Shown here one piece after another: positions 50,508 through 62,154 of a stretch of 64,000 nucleotides of DNA. Both the position numbers and the translations under genes were made by a program. The stretch spans positions 434,001 through 498,000 of the forward strand of contig JBNJNM010000012.1 of the NCBI GenBank assembly GCA_052426225.1, in the 5' to 3' direction. The DNA is from Zancudomyces culisetae HAW-14-8 (taxonomy: Eukaryota; Fungi; Kickxellomycota). Numbering within the stretch: the stretch's first letter is position 1; each line of letters begins with the position of its first letter. Under the pieces are notes generated by a model that ran no database searches, was not told the origin of the DNA, and worked only from the letters and a program-made list of their open reading frames with translations.

Positions 50508-53500
50508 TTATTCTTTTTCATCCAACAATTTGGCTATCAGATCTGAAATCTCATCAGTCTTTGGTGCGCTTGAGGCTGACATTCCAGCACCCACACTAGC
50601 ACCAACCATACTAGGCACCAACGCCGCCGCAAAACTGAACCCACCCTGGCTTGCAGAGATACCACCATTGGCCCTCTTTTTGTCTCCCTTAGAACCGAGT
50701 CCAAGCTTGAGCTTAGACAACATGCCAGATGAGCTTCCATTATCAGCGTCTTGACCACCTGGGAGACCTAGGTTTATGTCTTGTTTTGGACGATACTTGA
50801 GTAGCTTGTTGTAGTAATACTCAGTATCTTTACTACTCTCAACAGCTCTAGCAGTTAGTTTTTGTTGGAGAGCCGAAGGCGAACCAGCAACAGCTCCACC
50901 AGATAAGGTTTTTACCAGCTGATTCGCTTTAATATCCTCAGGACTGTCCTTTGGTAGCTCGGCCACTACACGTAAAATAGCCTCCCGCTGTTTTTGTTGA
51001 TGACCACTGGGTGACATACCCTTCTTAGCCATATCACCGTGGTATGCGCTTCCATTTTGCTTGTCAGAAGCACGACCACCACCTTCTTTTGAGGCTTTTC
51101 TAGACCGGAGAGACAGAATATTTGTGGATCGGAGTCTTCCACCTCTAACCATAGATAAGAATGCCAGTTGTCGTTGAACAGTTTGAGCTGGTGGCTCCCA
51201 ATACATTTGATCCTGTTCTCGGTAAACATCTTGTGACACAATTGGAAGCATCCACCACAACCATCTGTTAGGAAGGACGCGCAAAACCAAACCAACAGGC
51301 AAAGTGATTGCTGCAACACCTATACAGTACAACCACATTATGGGAGTAATCTTTGTAGTACGGAAGACTACACCACCATAGGTAACTATAATGGCCTGTA
51401 TAATTGCACTACTGACTACAACCGCAATGAAAATGTTGTTTTTGAGAATACCACGGAAACAATTAATCTGAGATCCAAGAACTCTGCTGTTAAACTCGTT
51501 AAATAGTTGCATAAATACAAAGGTGTTATAAGTAATCGTTTTCAACACTTTGATGTCTGTCGGGTTGCTATTATCAAGCCCAAATATATTATCCCCAATA
51601 TAAAAGGTAAAGAAGGTGACTCCAATTTGAAACAGAGCTTGGCCAAATATGTTTTTCCACATATTAAAAGTAATGAGAGGCGCATCTGGCAATTCCGGAA
51701 ACCTATTTAATAGATCAGGTGATGGTGGGTCCGTTGCTAACGCCAATGCTGCAAGTGTGTCCATGATTAGATTCAGCCACAACAGTTGAACTGAGGTAAA
51801 CAGCGACTCTCTGTCTTCACTAGTAACACTTGTAATGAACGCAATAAAGACAGCGGTTATATTGACAGTCAACTGAAATTGAAGGAATTTCTTAACCGAG
51901 TCATTGACACATCTTCCCCATATCAACGCACTCACAATCGAAGTGAAGTTATCGTCCATCAATATAATGTCAGAAGCCTCTTTTGCTATCTCTGTCCCAC
52001 TCATACCCATACTGAATCCTATATTTGCTGCTTTAAGTGCTGGTCCATCGTTAGTTCCATCGCCAGTTGCTGCAACTACATTTCCATTCTCTTTCAACCA
52101 ATTAACCAAAACCCGCTTGTCTTCAGGACTTGAGCGTGACAAAACTTGCAATCTCGGTACCACTACTTTCATCTCTTCTGGCGACAGCTTCCTAAAGTGC
52201 CGCCCCTCAAGAATAACTCCACCCAGTTCAGGTGTATATATTCCACATTGCTTGGCTATGGCCTTTGCTGTCAACAAGTTATCTCCGGTAACCATTCTAA
52301 CCATGATTCCAGCACGCTGACAATGATTTACTGCAGCTGTCACACCGTCACGAAGTGGGTCTTCAATTCCAAACACACCTAGCCATGTCATTCCATCGGT
52401 ACTTTTAATTACATCATCACTATCTGTTGAGTCCATGTCGATGTCATGGATGTCTTTGATATCAACATATGCAAGTCCAATTGTTCTCAGCGCCTGCGAC
52501 GCATACCTTTCAATAATTCCTTCGATACGTTCAATCTCTTGATTGTCCATCTGAGTTACTGGTATACTCTCTCGTGTATCCTCAGTACTATCCGCACTCT
52601 CCTGTAAGTACCCACCACTGACATTCAAGATCTTTGTACACCCTTTCAACAATACTTCCGGCGCACCTTTAATGTATAATCTATAGAATTCTGTGTCATC
52701 TTTGGGATCTACTAACTTTACCAACACACTCATTGATTTTTTCAGCGAGCTGAATGGATAAACCGAAACAGTATCGGACTCTTCCCTTCGCTTGATGACG
52801 TCTGTGAATCCCATTCGCTGTGCCCATTGTAAAAGCGCCACCTCTGTACTTGACCCTGTAAATGAATCCACCTTTCTACCAGTTCCGTGGTCATCAGTCG
52901 CAGTTATTTTCAACTCTTCGTCGTTCTTTGCAGTATCCTTCCTCTTTTTTGGAAGTAGCCCCTCAAACACAGATTTTCTTTTTTCACCTTCTGGTTTTGT
53001 CTTGGAGTCCTCTACAGCCATGGTAAATGCTGTGCTGTTTACTGCTATCGCGTTGGTAATCAACTCCAGAGTATGCGCTGGTACTTTTCCTTCAAACTCA
53101 TGAAACCCTACCTCGGTGCTCTCTGATTCTATTCCTTTTAAAGTCGCATTGTCCAGTGACATGCCTGTGTTCTTTTCTCCAGGCATAGCTTTCATGGTAT
53201 CCTTTGGATATACTTTGAACCCAACACCATTTCCTACTGTACCTGCAACTACCGTCATAACATTTTGAGTTAATGTTCCCGTTTTATCTGAACAAATTGT
53301 TGTGGCATTTCCCATTGTTTCACATGCCGCTAGCTGTCGAACCAAACAATTGTCCTTAAGCATACGCACCGTTGCCACTGCTAGCGTAAGTGTAACTGCT
53401 AGTGGTAACCCCTCGGGTATCGCTACTACTATAATGGTCAATGTCTCAATAATAATGGCAATCAATGCACCAATAATGGAGCTCGCATCTCTCGGGACTA

Positions 53501-54728
53501 TGTTTTTTATCAGTTGTAAAACATACTTAAGAAGAAGAATCAAAAGCATAAGAACTGCAGCAACACCACCAATTACTGCTATTACTTCAGCAAGCACATT
53601 TAATTTTTCTTGAAGAGGTGTGGCCTCGTCTTCAGTCCTAAACGACATCATTATTCTTCCATGTGATGAATTTTCTCCAACTGCAACTACCACACATTCT
53701 CCAATACCATTCACAATAAGACTTCCTGAAATCAAAAACGGATCAGTGTGTCTAATAATATCATGCTTTTTCTTTGCCTCCGCACTTTCAAGGATTTCGC
53801 CGTTTTCTTCGGCAACAGCTTTCTTGTACTCTTGTTCTTCAGCCTCCTTGGCCTCCAATTCCTCAAGAGTCAATTTTCTAACTGGATCACTTTCACCTGT
53901 AACCGAACTCTCATCCGCCTCCAAATTCGAACCGCTTATCACAATAGCATCTGCACACAATACATCTCCTGCCTCAACATGTAGAATATCTCCAACCATT
54001 ACACAGTTGACTGAAACTCCTTGTTTTGTTCCATTTCGTGTCACGTACACTGTACGATCTTGTTTTTTGTTGTTAAGTTTTTTGAACTGTTTTTCTTTTT
54101 GAAAATCATTAACGGACGAGACTAAAACTACACCCAACACTGCTACTAGAATTGAGAATCCTTCTATCCAATTCAATCCTGTATCTGGATCATCATCTTT
54201 TCCTGTGACGTCTTGATATATTCCTAGTGCTAGCGATACGGTTGCCGCAATACATAAGAGTATAATCATCTTATCATTCAGTGCTATCAATAATACTTGG
54301 ATAAACGATTTGGGTTTTTCTTGTGGTATATAATTGATACCAAACTCTTTGATTCTAGTCTCGAATGTGGTTTGTAGCTTTTCAAGCTCATCAACCCATT
54401 CAAGCTCGCCCTTCTGGTAGCTTGTCCCTACCTTGACAGCCGCTATCGTACCTCTTGGCCTCTCTTTCGCTATTTCATGTTCGTACTCCTTTGCGAAATC
54501 AATCGGGTTTGTCCACTCCCCACTAGGGATTTGCTCTGGTACTAATGTAGTGAGACCAAATTTCTCGTCAGTTCGCAATCCCTTGACTAATGATTGTGTT
54601 CCTCCAAGAATTTTAAATGTATTAAATTCCTTGTGTGCTACCATTTTAGATAGCACACTCCTATTAATCCTTATCTCTCCATCATCGCCCGTGCTATTCG
54701 AGCCTTTGAAGCCCATGGATACACTCAT
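50508..54728 (-). CDS. PMC1: P2B-type (PMCA-like) vacuolar Ca2+-ATPase, intronless
   Basis: DESSVTGES, VVAIPEGLPLAVT, CSDKTGTLT (phospho-Asp), KGAPE, VTGDN, TGDGTNDGPAL, QFQLTVNITAV, QLLWLNLIMDTLAALALAT. Confidence 0.95.
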   Translation of the reverse strand: MSVSMGFKGSNSTGDDGEIRINRSVLSKMVAHKEFNTFKILGGTQSLVKGLRTDEKFGLTTLVPEQIPSGEWTNPIDFAKEYEHEIAKERPRGTIAAVKVGTSYQKGELEWVDELEKLQTTFETRIKEFGINYIPQEKPKSFIQVLLIALNDKMIILLCIAATVSLALGIYQDVTGKDDDPDTGLNWIEGFSILVAVLGVVLVSSVNDFQKEKQFKKLNNKKQDRTVYVTRNGTKQGVSVNCVMVGDILHVEAGDVLCADAIVISGSNLEADESSVTGESDPVRKLTLEELEAKEAEEQEYKKAVAEENGEILESAEAKKKHDIIRHTDPFLISGSLIVNGIGECVVVAVGENSSHGRIMMSFRTEDEATPLQEKLNVLAEVIAVIGGVAAVLMLLILLLKYVLQLIKNIVPRDASSIIGALIAIIIETLTIIVVAIPEGLPLAVTLTLAVATVRMLKDNCLVRQLAACETMGNATTICSDKTGTLTQNVMTVVAGTVGNGVGFKVYPKDTMKAMPGEKNTGMSLDNATLKGIESESTEVGFHEFEGKVPAHTLELITNAIAVNSTAFTMAVEDSKTKPEGEKRKSVFEGLLPKKRKDTAKNDEELKITATDDHGTGRKVDSFTGSSTEVALLQWAQRMGFTDVIKRREESDTVSVYPFSSLKKSMSVLVKLVDPKDDTEFYRLYIKGAPEVLLKGCTKILNVSGGYLQESADSTEDTRESIPVTQMDNQEIERIEGIIERYASQALRTIGLAYVDIKDIHDIDMDSTDSDDVIKSTDGMTWLGVFGIEDPLRDGVTAAVNHCQRAGIMVRMVTGDNLLTAKAIAKQCGIYTPELGGVILEGRHFRKLSPEEMKVVVPRLQVLSRSSPEDKRVLVNWLKENGNVVAATGDGTNDGPALKAANIGFSMGMSGTEIAKEASDIILMDDNFTSIVSALIWGRCVNDSVKKFLQFQLTVNITAVFIAFITSVTSEDRESLFTSVQLLWLNLIMDTLAALALATDPPSPDLLNRFPELPDAPLITFNMWKNIFGQALFQIGVTFFTFYIGDNIFGLDNSNPTDIKVLKTITYNTFVFMQLFNEFNSRVLGSQINCFRGILKNNIFIAVVVSSAIIQAIIVTYGGVVFRTTKITPIMWLYCIGVAAITLPVGLVLRVLPNRWLWWMLPIVSQDVYREQDQMYWEPPAQTVQRQLAFLSMVRGGRLRSTNILSLRSRKASKEGGGRASDKQNGSAYHGDMAKKGMSPSGHQQKQREAILRVVAELPKDSPEDIKANQLVKTLSGGAVAGSPSALQQKLTARAVESSKDTEYYYNKLLKYRPKQDINLGLPGGQDADNGSSSGMLSKLKLGLGSKGDKKRANGGISASQGGFSFAAALVPSMVGASVGAGMSASSAPKTDEISDLIAKLLDEKE

Positions 54729-57700
54729 TTTCTAAGCTAATACCTGGTGACTTTTTGAAAGTCTTACTATTATGATTTTTGTTCTCTCGAACTAAACTCG
54801 TGAAAAGTCGCTAATTGCAGGGCGTTTGCCTTTTATATAGCAATTATTCAAAAAAAAAATTCCTTGGCAGCGTAAACACCGTTATGGTTGTTTGTCTAGT
54901 ATCAATTGGTTATGATTCAGTAACCGGCTACTACTACAAAGATTTTTTGATATTATTGCCTATTTTAATTTTAAGCTGGTTTAGTAAATTGCCAATAGAT
55001 ATGTTTTGATGGCTAGAAATCATAGGTTTAGAACAAATAGTGTAAAACTATCTGTTGCAAAGGTAAACACGTTACAATATAAGCCAACCAATCCTCAATT
55101 ATCTTTGAAAACTCTTCAAAAATAATACCTTGATTGTCTTTTTCTTTTCTCTCTACATCATTATATTTTGTCTGTTAATTCCCAACGCTTTTGATAATCG
55201 TTCTCTTGTGATTGCGTTGATTTAAGGCAATGGCATCCCGTAATTTTAAAATACATAAATAAAAACATCAGCTCCTCTTGTTTAATTGGTACAAGCTGAG
55301 GTAATTCAAAGCAAGTCTTTTTTCAAAGACGTCATTGGAGGGGGAGAATAAAATTTCCATGTTAATATTGTATGTTATTGTGGAAGGCTTCTTATAGATG
55401 CCCAGCCAGATTGGCTTTGTTTATTCTTTTTGTCACACCAATTTGAGATGTGTCACGATCTCATATCAAATACACGACTTTACAATTATTAGCCTTTTTG
55501 CCAATTAAATAAAACCCATTGGCAATGACGTTTTCTGGAAATGGGTAAATTAAAATAAATCCTTGTGTAGTTTGCAAATTACAGTCAAGTAAAAGACATG
55601 TTTATGACAACTAAAATAAAATCATCACACATTCATAGCATATTTTCAACATATATCCTCCATTTCCCAAAATACTGTTTCAAAGAAACGAAAAAATTAT
55701 GCAACGCCAAGAAAGTATAAAGTAAAATACCATCAAAATGTAGATAAGGCTATAAAGTCAGTTACCTTTCAGTAATCTCTAAAAGCGCTTCTGGGAATAA
55801 CCTTCTGTTTCAATGACTATTGAGAATGTGCTATTCCGTAATCCCTGTTACTCTCTCACAACGAGTGCCGATTTATAATACTTTGATGAAATTATACCCA
55901 GTTTCTTGTAGTTTGAATAATGTTGGGTATAAAGTCGGTAATACTTTTTACTAACTCAATCTCTTTCTATCGATGCGTTTTAGCTTTACTTTGAGTTTTT
56001 TAAGTTCAACTTGGTTTGTTATTTCTATTTTTGTTTTTTATTATTATACTATGTTCATGCTAATTAATTAAATTTGGAACAGAAATAAATTGTCAACACA
56101 CCATTACAATAAAAGTCATATCATCCTTATTAATATTATATTTTCAAACATTTACAATAGTAGTCAAAATAAATTTATGAGTACAGATAAACATAGGTGT
56201 ACTTTGAAAGAGATACTTGTTTACACTTGTGGCATCTGGTATTATATTTCAAATACTTCAAATATTAAGCTAATATTGGGATCATGAAAGTCATTCTGAT
56301 GATAAACAGAACCAATTATTATTATTTTTTGATTTTTACTATTACATTAGAAATACATTGGTATCAACTAGTCGCTACACCCTATGCTTGGCGATCTTTT
56401 TTCCCTAAAGTTAAGAAATAAACGGTGTATAAAAGGTTGGGGTGGGGGAATATTTAATTAACATTTGATTACACTTCCAACAATAAACTGTTCTAATTTC
56501 TAAAAATATAAAAGAGATAAGGATTTTTTTGTAATCAACTATGGATGTAGTAATCGAGATGATCCTGGTATCATGCAATGTTGCTATACGTGCTTTATAA
56601 TTTTAATCACCCAAGCAAGTAGGAACTATTTTTTTTTTGTGCAAAGCCAGCCTCATATACCACAATTGGTTCGTTAGTCTGTTCAACCAATACGAGCTAA
56701 AAATTAGTACATGTGGATTCATTTGAAAGCAGTAAAAAACTTTATTGGCAAAAATCAATTATTGATCTTAGGCAACACGCCTCCTTAAACACATATAATT
56801 TTCTCCTGGCCAGTACATACAAAATGGTTCGTGGATAAAAATGGTATTATGTTCAATAGGCTTCAAGCATCAATGAATTGTGTTTCATAGTTATTGTTGC
56901 AGTACTTTTTTTATTATTACGTATGATTTTGTATGACTAGTGGCTTTAATGTTTTCATAAGGTCGAACACTAAAGTATAATATGAGCTAATCTAATTCAA
57001 AATAAATAATACACAACTCTTGTAAACAAATCTTACAGCATATACTTGGTACTGTAGATGATAAATTGATTTTTTAATATTTTTCTACAATGTACAAATC
57101 AGATATAATATACAGGGAGTAAAAACTGAAAAGTAAATACATAGTCTTTGAACTAATTCCACAGTACGTTTGTATTGGTACTTTAGGGTATAAGCAATCG
57201 CTGAATAGATATTACCTAATTATGTAGGGCTATCAAGTATCTTTTTTGTAACCAAATAGAAATGTTATAGAGGTGTATTATGATTCCCGCATGATATTTC
57301 ATTTATTGTTCAATTTTAGTACTTGATAGTTATGGTATTTAACACGAATAGATTCGAATTAAATAACTGCTGACTGAGGAGTTACAATCTTCGTGAATAC
57401 AAAGTTTTTCTGTAGAAATCACCAGCAGTCCACCATGATGTTGAGTCTATTTACATTTCACATCATCAATTTATTTTTGATTTATATGTATTTGATTGAT
57501 ATATTCTTTTATATCATTTAAACTAGACTAATTCCATGAACAAGGCAAAATGAAAAAGAGTAAATAGCTCAAACTATTGTAAAAAATATACAAGGTGGGG
57601 TATTCTATTCCAGAAAGTTACCATTTTGATGTATATCTATGTTTCTAGATTTTTGCTTAATTCCCCCTTCCCCTTCATTATTCCTCTTCTCCTCCCCCAC

Positions 57701-58144
57701 AAGCAAAGTGGGAGTATGCTTTAACTCCTCATTTAGAGATTCTGTAAATACAATATTGGCACACGCCCTAATAAAAATGATTTGCTGAAAAAGCATAATA
57801 AAAACACATTGGATGATTGTAATCAAGCCAAAACCTATCAATTAGTTGTGTTAATGTGAAAGTTTAATGAGAATTAGCGAAATTATATTTTGTTTACTCA
57901 TTATACAGCTTTTTTTAAAGCTATACACAGGTTTTTAGCTAATTTAATTTGGAATCAACTTGAACAAACCAAATTGAAATATTTTGATTAGTAATATTTT
58001 TAATTTACTGGTCAGTTTTTTAATACAAAACCAAAAATAAAGTAGCGAAAGCGGTTCTTAAAAATAACGGTCTATAATTATATTATTACAAAATATACCT
58101 AGCGAGATCACAAAGGAACAACATATAAAAAGCAGAGTTAAAAG

Positions 58145-59284
58145 ATGCCGTACGTAGATGCCCCAAAAACACAAATTGAAGCTGGAGATTTAAATCCGAA
58201 CATTTTAATCGTTTCGGCGCAAAAGGAAACGATCATTGTAAAAACCCTTGTGGATGGAGTAGTCGATGGTCTCACAAAAGCTGGTGTTGCTAAATCAAAT
58301 ATTCACTTTGAAAATGTAACAGATCCTGCCCTGATTCCTCAAGAGACAAAAAAAATACTTCTGCAAAGCAGAGAATGCGCTGATGGACAGATCAGTGAGT
58401 TGGGAGCCAATAGAGCATATCTAAACGTAGAACATGTTTACAAGTACGATGCAGTGATTTGTGTTGGAATATTTATTGAAGAGGAAGAAAAATCGGGAGA
58501 ATTTGACGCAAAGTGCGAGAAATCATATAATGAGGTTCATGAAATTATTCTCGAAACCAATGTACCATGTATTTTGGGAATTTTGACCTGTATTAACTAC
58601 GAACAAGGATTGGAAAGGGCCGGAATAGGTAGAGTAGAAAAGGGAGCTAATCATGGATACTTTTGGGCTACAGCAGCTCTTTCTGAAATTAAGACAAGAA
58701 AAATGTTTTGTGAAGGTGAATCTGACACTGAAATCACGAAAGCCTTTACAGAAAATGTCACTCAGCACAATATTTCTAAACAACCAAACGTTGCAATTTT
58801 GTGTGCACAATGGAATATGGAAATAAATAGCGAGATCTTATTGGGAATTGCAAATGAAATGATCAACTCAGGTGTGAACCCAGAGAATGTAAAGGTATAT
58901 AGCGCAGCAGGATCCTATGAACTACCAGGTCTTGCAAACTACATTATTGAAGTATCCAGAACAAGAGATTATGAGGCTCATCTTACCAAAATTCAACAGG
59001 GTTCTGGAAAAGCACCATCGCCTGTGGATGCAGTGGTGTGTGTAGGCTCGCTCATAAAAGGTGGAACAAAACACTTCAAGTACATTAAGGATGCCGCCGA
59101 AGTTGCCATAGCAAACATTGTTTACAATAACAAGGCTGTATGCGAATCTGCGATTTTATGTTGCAAAAATATGGACGAAGCAAAGCAATTCGCGGGATTA
59201 GGCAGCGAAAAAGCAGGTGAATCTTCAATGAATATTGGTCCATCTATTGCAAGAGTTGTTTTGAAAAAACTAAATTTAGTTTAA
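58145..59284 (+). CDS. RIB4: Tandem two-domain 6,7-dimethyl-8-ribityllumazine synthase-like protein (RIB4/RibH duplication), intronless
   Basis: Two DMRL-synthase repeats: aa ~18-186 (..YDAVICVG..PCILGILTC..EQGLERAG..NHGYFWA) and aa ~213-379 (VAILCAQWN..GSYELP..VDAVVCVGSLIKGGTKHFKYI). Confidence 0.88.
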   Translation: MPYVDAPKTQIEAGDLNPNILIVSAQKETIIVKTLVDGVVDGLTKAGVAKSNIHFENVTDPALIPQETKKILLQSRECADGQISELGANRAYLNVEHVYKYDAVICVGIFIEEEEKSGEFDAKCEKSYNEVHEIILETNVPCILGILTCINYEQGLERAGIGRVEKGANHGYFWATAALSEIKTRKMFCEGESDTEITKAFTENVTQHNISKQPNVAILCAQWNMEINSEILLGIANEMINSGVNPENVKVYSAAGSYELPGLANYIIEVSRTRDYEAHLTKIQQGSGKAPSPVDAVVCVGSLIKGGTKHFKYIKDAAEVAIANIVYNNKAVCESAILCCKNMDEAKQFAGLGSEKAGESSMNIGPSIARVVLKKLNLV

Positions 59285-62137
59285 TATTTACCTGATTCAG
59301 TTTTACCAAATTTTTATTTTATGGAAAAATATGTCCTAGATAAAATAATTTATTACAACCTATAAACATAGTAAAGTAGGGATTACAATATATCATAATG
59401 GCTGTAATAAAAATATGTTAATAAAAAAGTAAATGGGTTGACTCGAATAATCAAACATCTGATTCTCAGTCTATTTAATAGAGAACCTGTTAAAATGTTA
59501 ATCTCATCATCCATTAAAATTTTTTATCGATTCACTAGTTATTGAGTGGTAATATGTACTATATCGATGCTTTATAATTAGAATATAGTCAGTGTATATA
59601 ACATATCATTTTTTTAAGAATATTTAAAATCTTATAAATCTTATAAATATTACAAGCTATTACACTTGTTAAACAACTAGAATTATACAAAATTCACTAA
59701 ATATTATGAATATCTAACTATTTTAATATTGTATCATTTTCAATCCAGTCACATTCTGATTGAAGTGAAAAAAAAACCCAATATCTAAAAATAGTTTGAA
59801 TAGATACTAAAACAAATGTTAATGTATAGTGAAAAAACAAATTGTTAGTGAGTTAATTATGTGCATGGGTGCATATCCTTTCTTTTGACATGAAAAGAAC
59901 TCCAACTGGAATTAGGGTTGGTAAAGCGAGTTAAGAAAAGTAGATAATAAAGATTGCTTTTAGTAAAAAGAATTGTCAATGTTTGTAAGTAGAGATACAG
60001 TTATATGAATTATTAGGTAGTTACTAATTAATATTATTGAAATAAAATAGAAAGTAGACCATTGGCACTGAATAAAAAACAAAATCATTAGTAAACTGTC
60101 AGATTTCAGATTTGTTTTCAATGGAAATAATTGTTTTCGAGAATATTTTTGTCAGAATAGATTTATTAATATGAATAGTAATAAAGTATAAAAGTCACTA
60201 AGAATAAGCACTAGAAAGTTAAAGGGATCAACTAATATTGTTAATCTGCTTAGCCGTTTCCTTCGAGTAAAAGAGATGTATTTATATCGTCGAGTTGCTT
60301 CTGTTTTCACCGATGAACCCTCTTCGTTTGAAATGGTTCTTTTGACATCAAGGTTCATTGAATTTTGGCGTCAATTTCCTTCTTTTCCTGAAAAGTCTAT
60401 TGAAAGTTTGTGAATAAAACTTGTTGAATGATTTTAGTTCTATTCAAAGATCTTTTCAATAGGAGATGTTAGGGAATCCTAACATAAACGATCATACATC
60501 ATTTTGTACAAAAAATTAAAAGGTAAGATTAAAAATGCGAAAAATTACAAATGTGTAATGTTGATAATAAACTATATATCATAAAATTTCAATCAAAGGA
60601 TAGCTGAGTTTGGTATGGTTTATTTGCAGTTATCAAAGGTTATATTATCTCTAGTTAGTTTAGTATGAAATGTTTAAACTAGTATCGTAACTAGTATAAA
60701 GATAGATAACGAAGTAAATAAAATATATTAATCATTAAAAACAATCAAAGTATAGTTAAAATATGAAATAGACTGGTTTATAATTATAACAGCTAACTAT
60801 TTCTAATTTACTGTGTTATATTAATATTTGGTATTAGACAGTTGATGAAATATACAAGCTAATAAAATATTTAGATAATGTGAGGTGAATTTAAATAACA
60901 CTCATGATCTTTATACGCAGACCTAGGATCACTAAACATTTCCGTTTTGCTGTTTGGAGTAATTATATAAAATGCTAACATTAAGAAGAAAATTACAAAA
61001 AGCTAAAAAGCTAGTATCTAGTAAAATAAATTAATATTTTCACCAATTAATAAGTACTAGTTATCACAATTTCTAACATAATATATAATACAGTTAATTA
61101 CCACCAAAAAATCAGAGACAATAAATCAATCGCCAACACCACAATTTTAACTGAAACAAGTTTGTGATTATCTAAAAAACGGCTCACAACTTAAACCAAG
61201 ACCGCATAATACCATCATGAAATGTATATCACAATTATAAAAATAGGAAAGTAAATATATAAATTGAGGTGAATATAAAACTATGATATAAAAATAAAAA
61301 ACAAACGAAGGATTACAACACACCTACATATATGAGACGCAACACTCATCGAGGGACAGACAATGTTTGGAAATACGGAGGCATCGTCTAGTTTCTTATT
61401 CTCATTATCTTTATTATTCGTAATAAAATATTTAATAGTTTCATCATATTATGATTAGTTTAATAAATAGTACCCACAATAAAAAAATAAACTGAAAACA
61501 TCATTAGAATTAAATACAGAAACAAATACAGAATGGTTGGAATAAATATGGCACTAACCAACCTCGGTTAATTTGATAATGTTAATGTATTATATTGTAG
61601 ATATTATAGTTTATCAAATATAATTTTCAGCTAATGTGATGGCTGAGTTAGATATAAAACTGATTATGTCAGTAATACTCAGGTCGTGGATCACTTCACT
61701 TTTCTGATTGCCATCATACGAATTTTCGAACTTATTTACTATTGAATAATAATAATAAACACCAGGTAAACTAAATCAATTAATAATTACTAGAAGTACT
61801 AGATATTTATATAAAAGTATATGAAAGTATATTCAGTTAAGAAAGAATAAAGATGTTTCTTTTTGTAGTCACATATCTCTATATTCGGTTTTCTATTAAC
61901 TTTATTGTATTCTATCGTTTTAACTATTGATCGTGTTTGCTCGCATTGGTGATTATCATACGTTCAGGAATCGCAATTGATTCGCAGAAAACAAAATCTA
62001 GCTGTTATACTACATTACAATATCAAACTAAATAATAAAAAGTTATTCGTGTATATTTAAATTGCTACTATTGGTAGTAGTTGAAGTTAAGTAAAACTTA
62101 ATTCGCTAAGAAATAGTAATTAAATAATAAAAAGTGT

Positions 62138-62151
62138 AAAAAAATTAAAAA
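62138..62151 (-). terminator. RNA polymerase III oligo-dT terminator of tRNA-Tyr
   Basis: TTTTT then TTTTTTT on the minus strand, starting a few nt after the discriminator. Confidence 0.75.
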
Positions 62152-62154
62152 GTT

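Noticed and set aside
55750-56040. Coding-looking minus-strand stretch with several in-frame stops (possible pseudogene)
   Set aside because: No recognisable homology; indistinguishable from AT-rich intergenic DNA without a search.
58145-59284. Lumazine synthase-riboflavin synthase bifunctional fusion (archaeal riboflavin synthase shares this fold)
   Set aside because: Both halves carry lumazine-synthase-specific motifs in complementary fashion, and neither shows archaeal riboflavin synthase features that I can recognise.
60150-61760. Short GC-richer patches and a 68-aa ORF (60152-60358) suggesting a decayed gene; frequent CTAG/ACTAGT
   Set aside because: No consistent spliced frame, terminal repeats or Helitron hairpin could be established.
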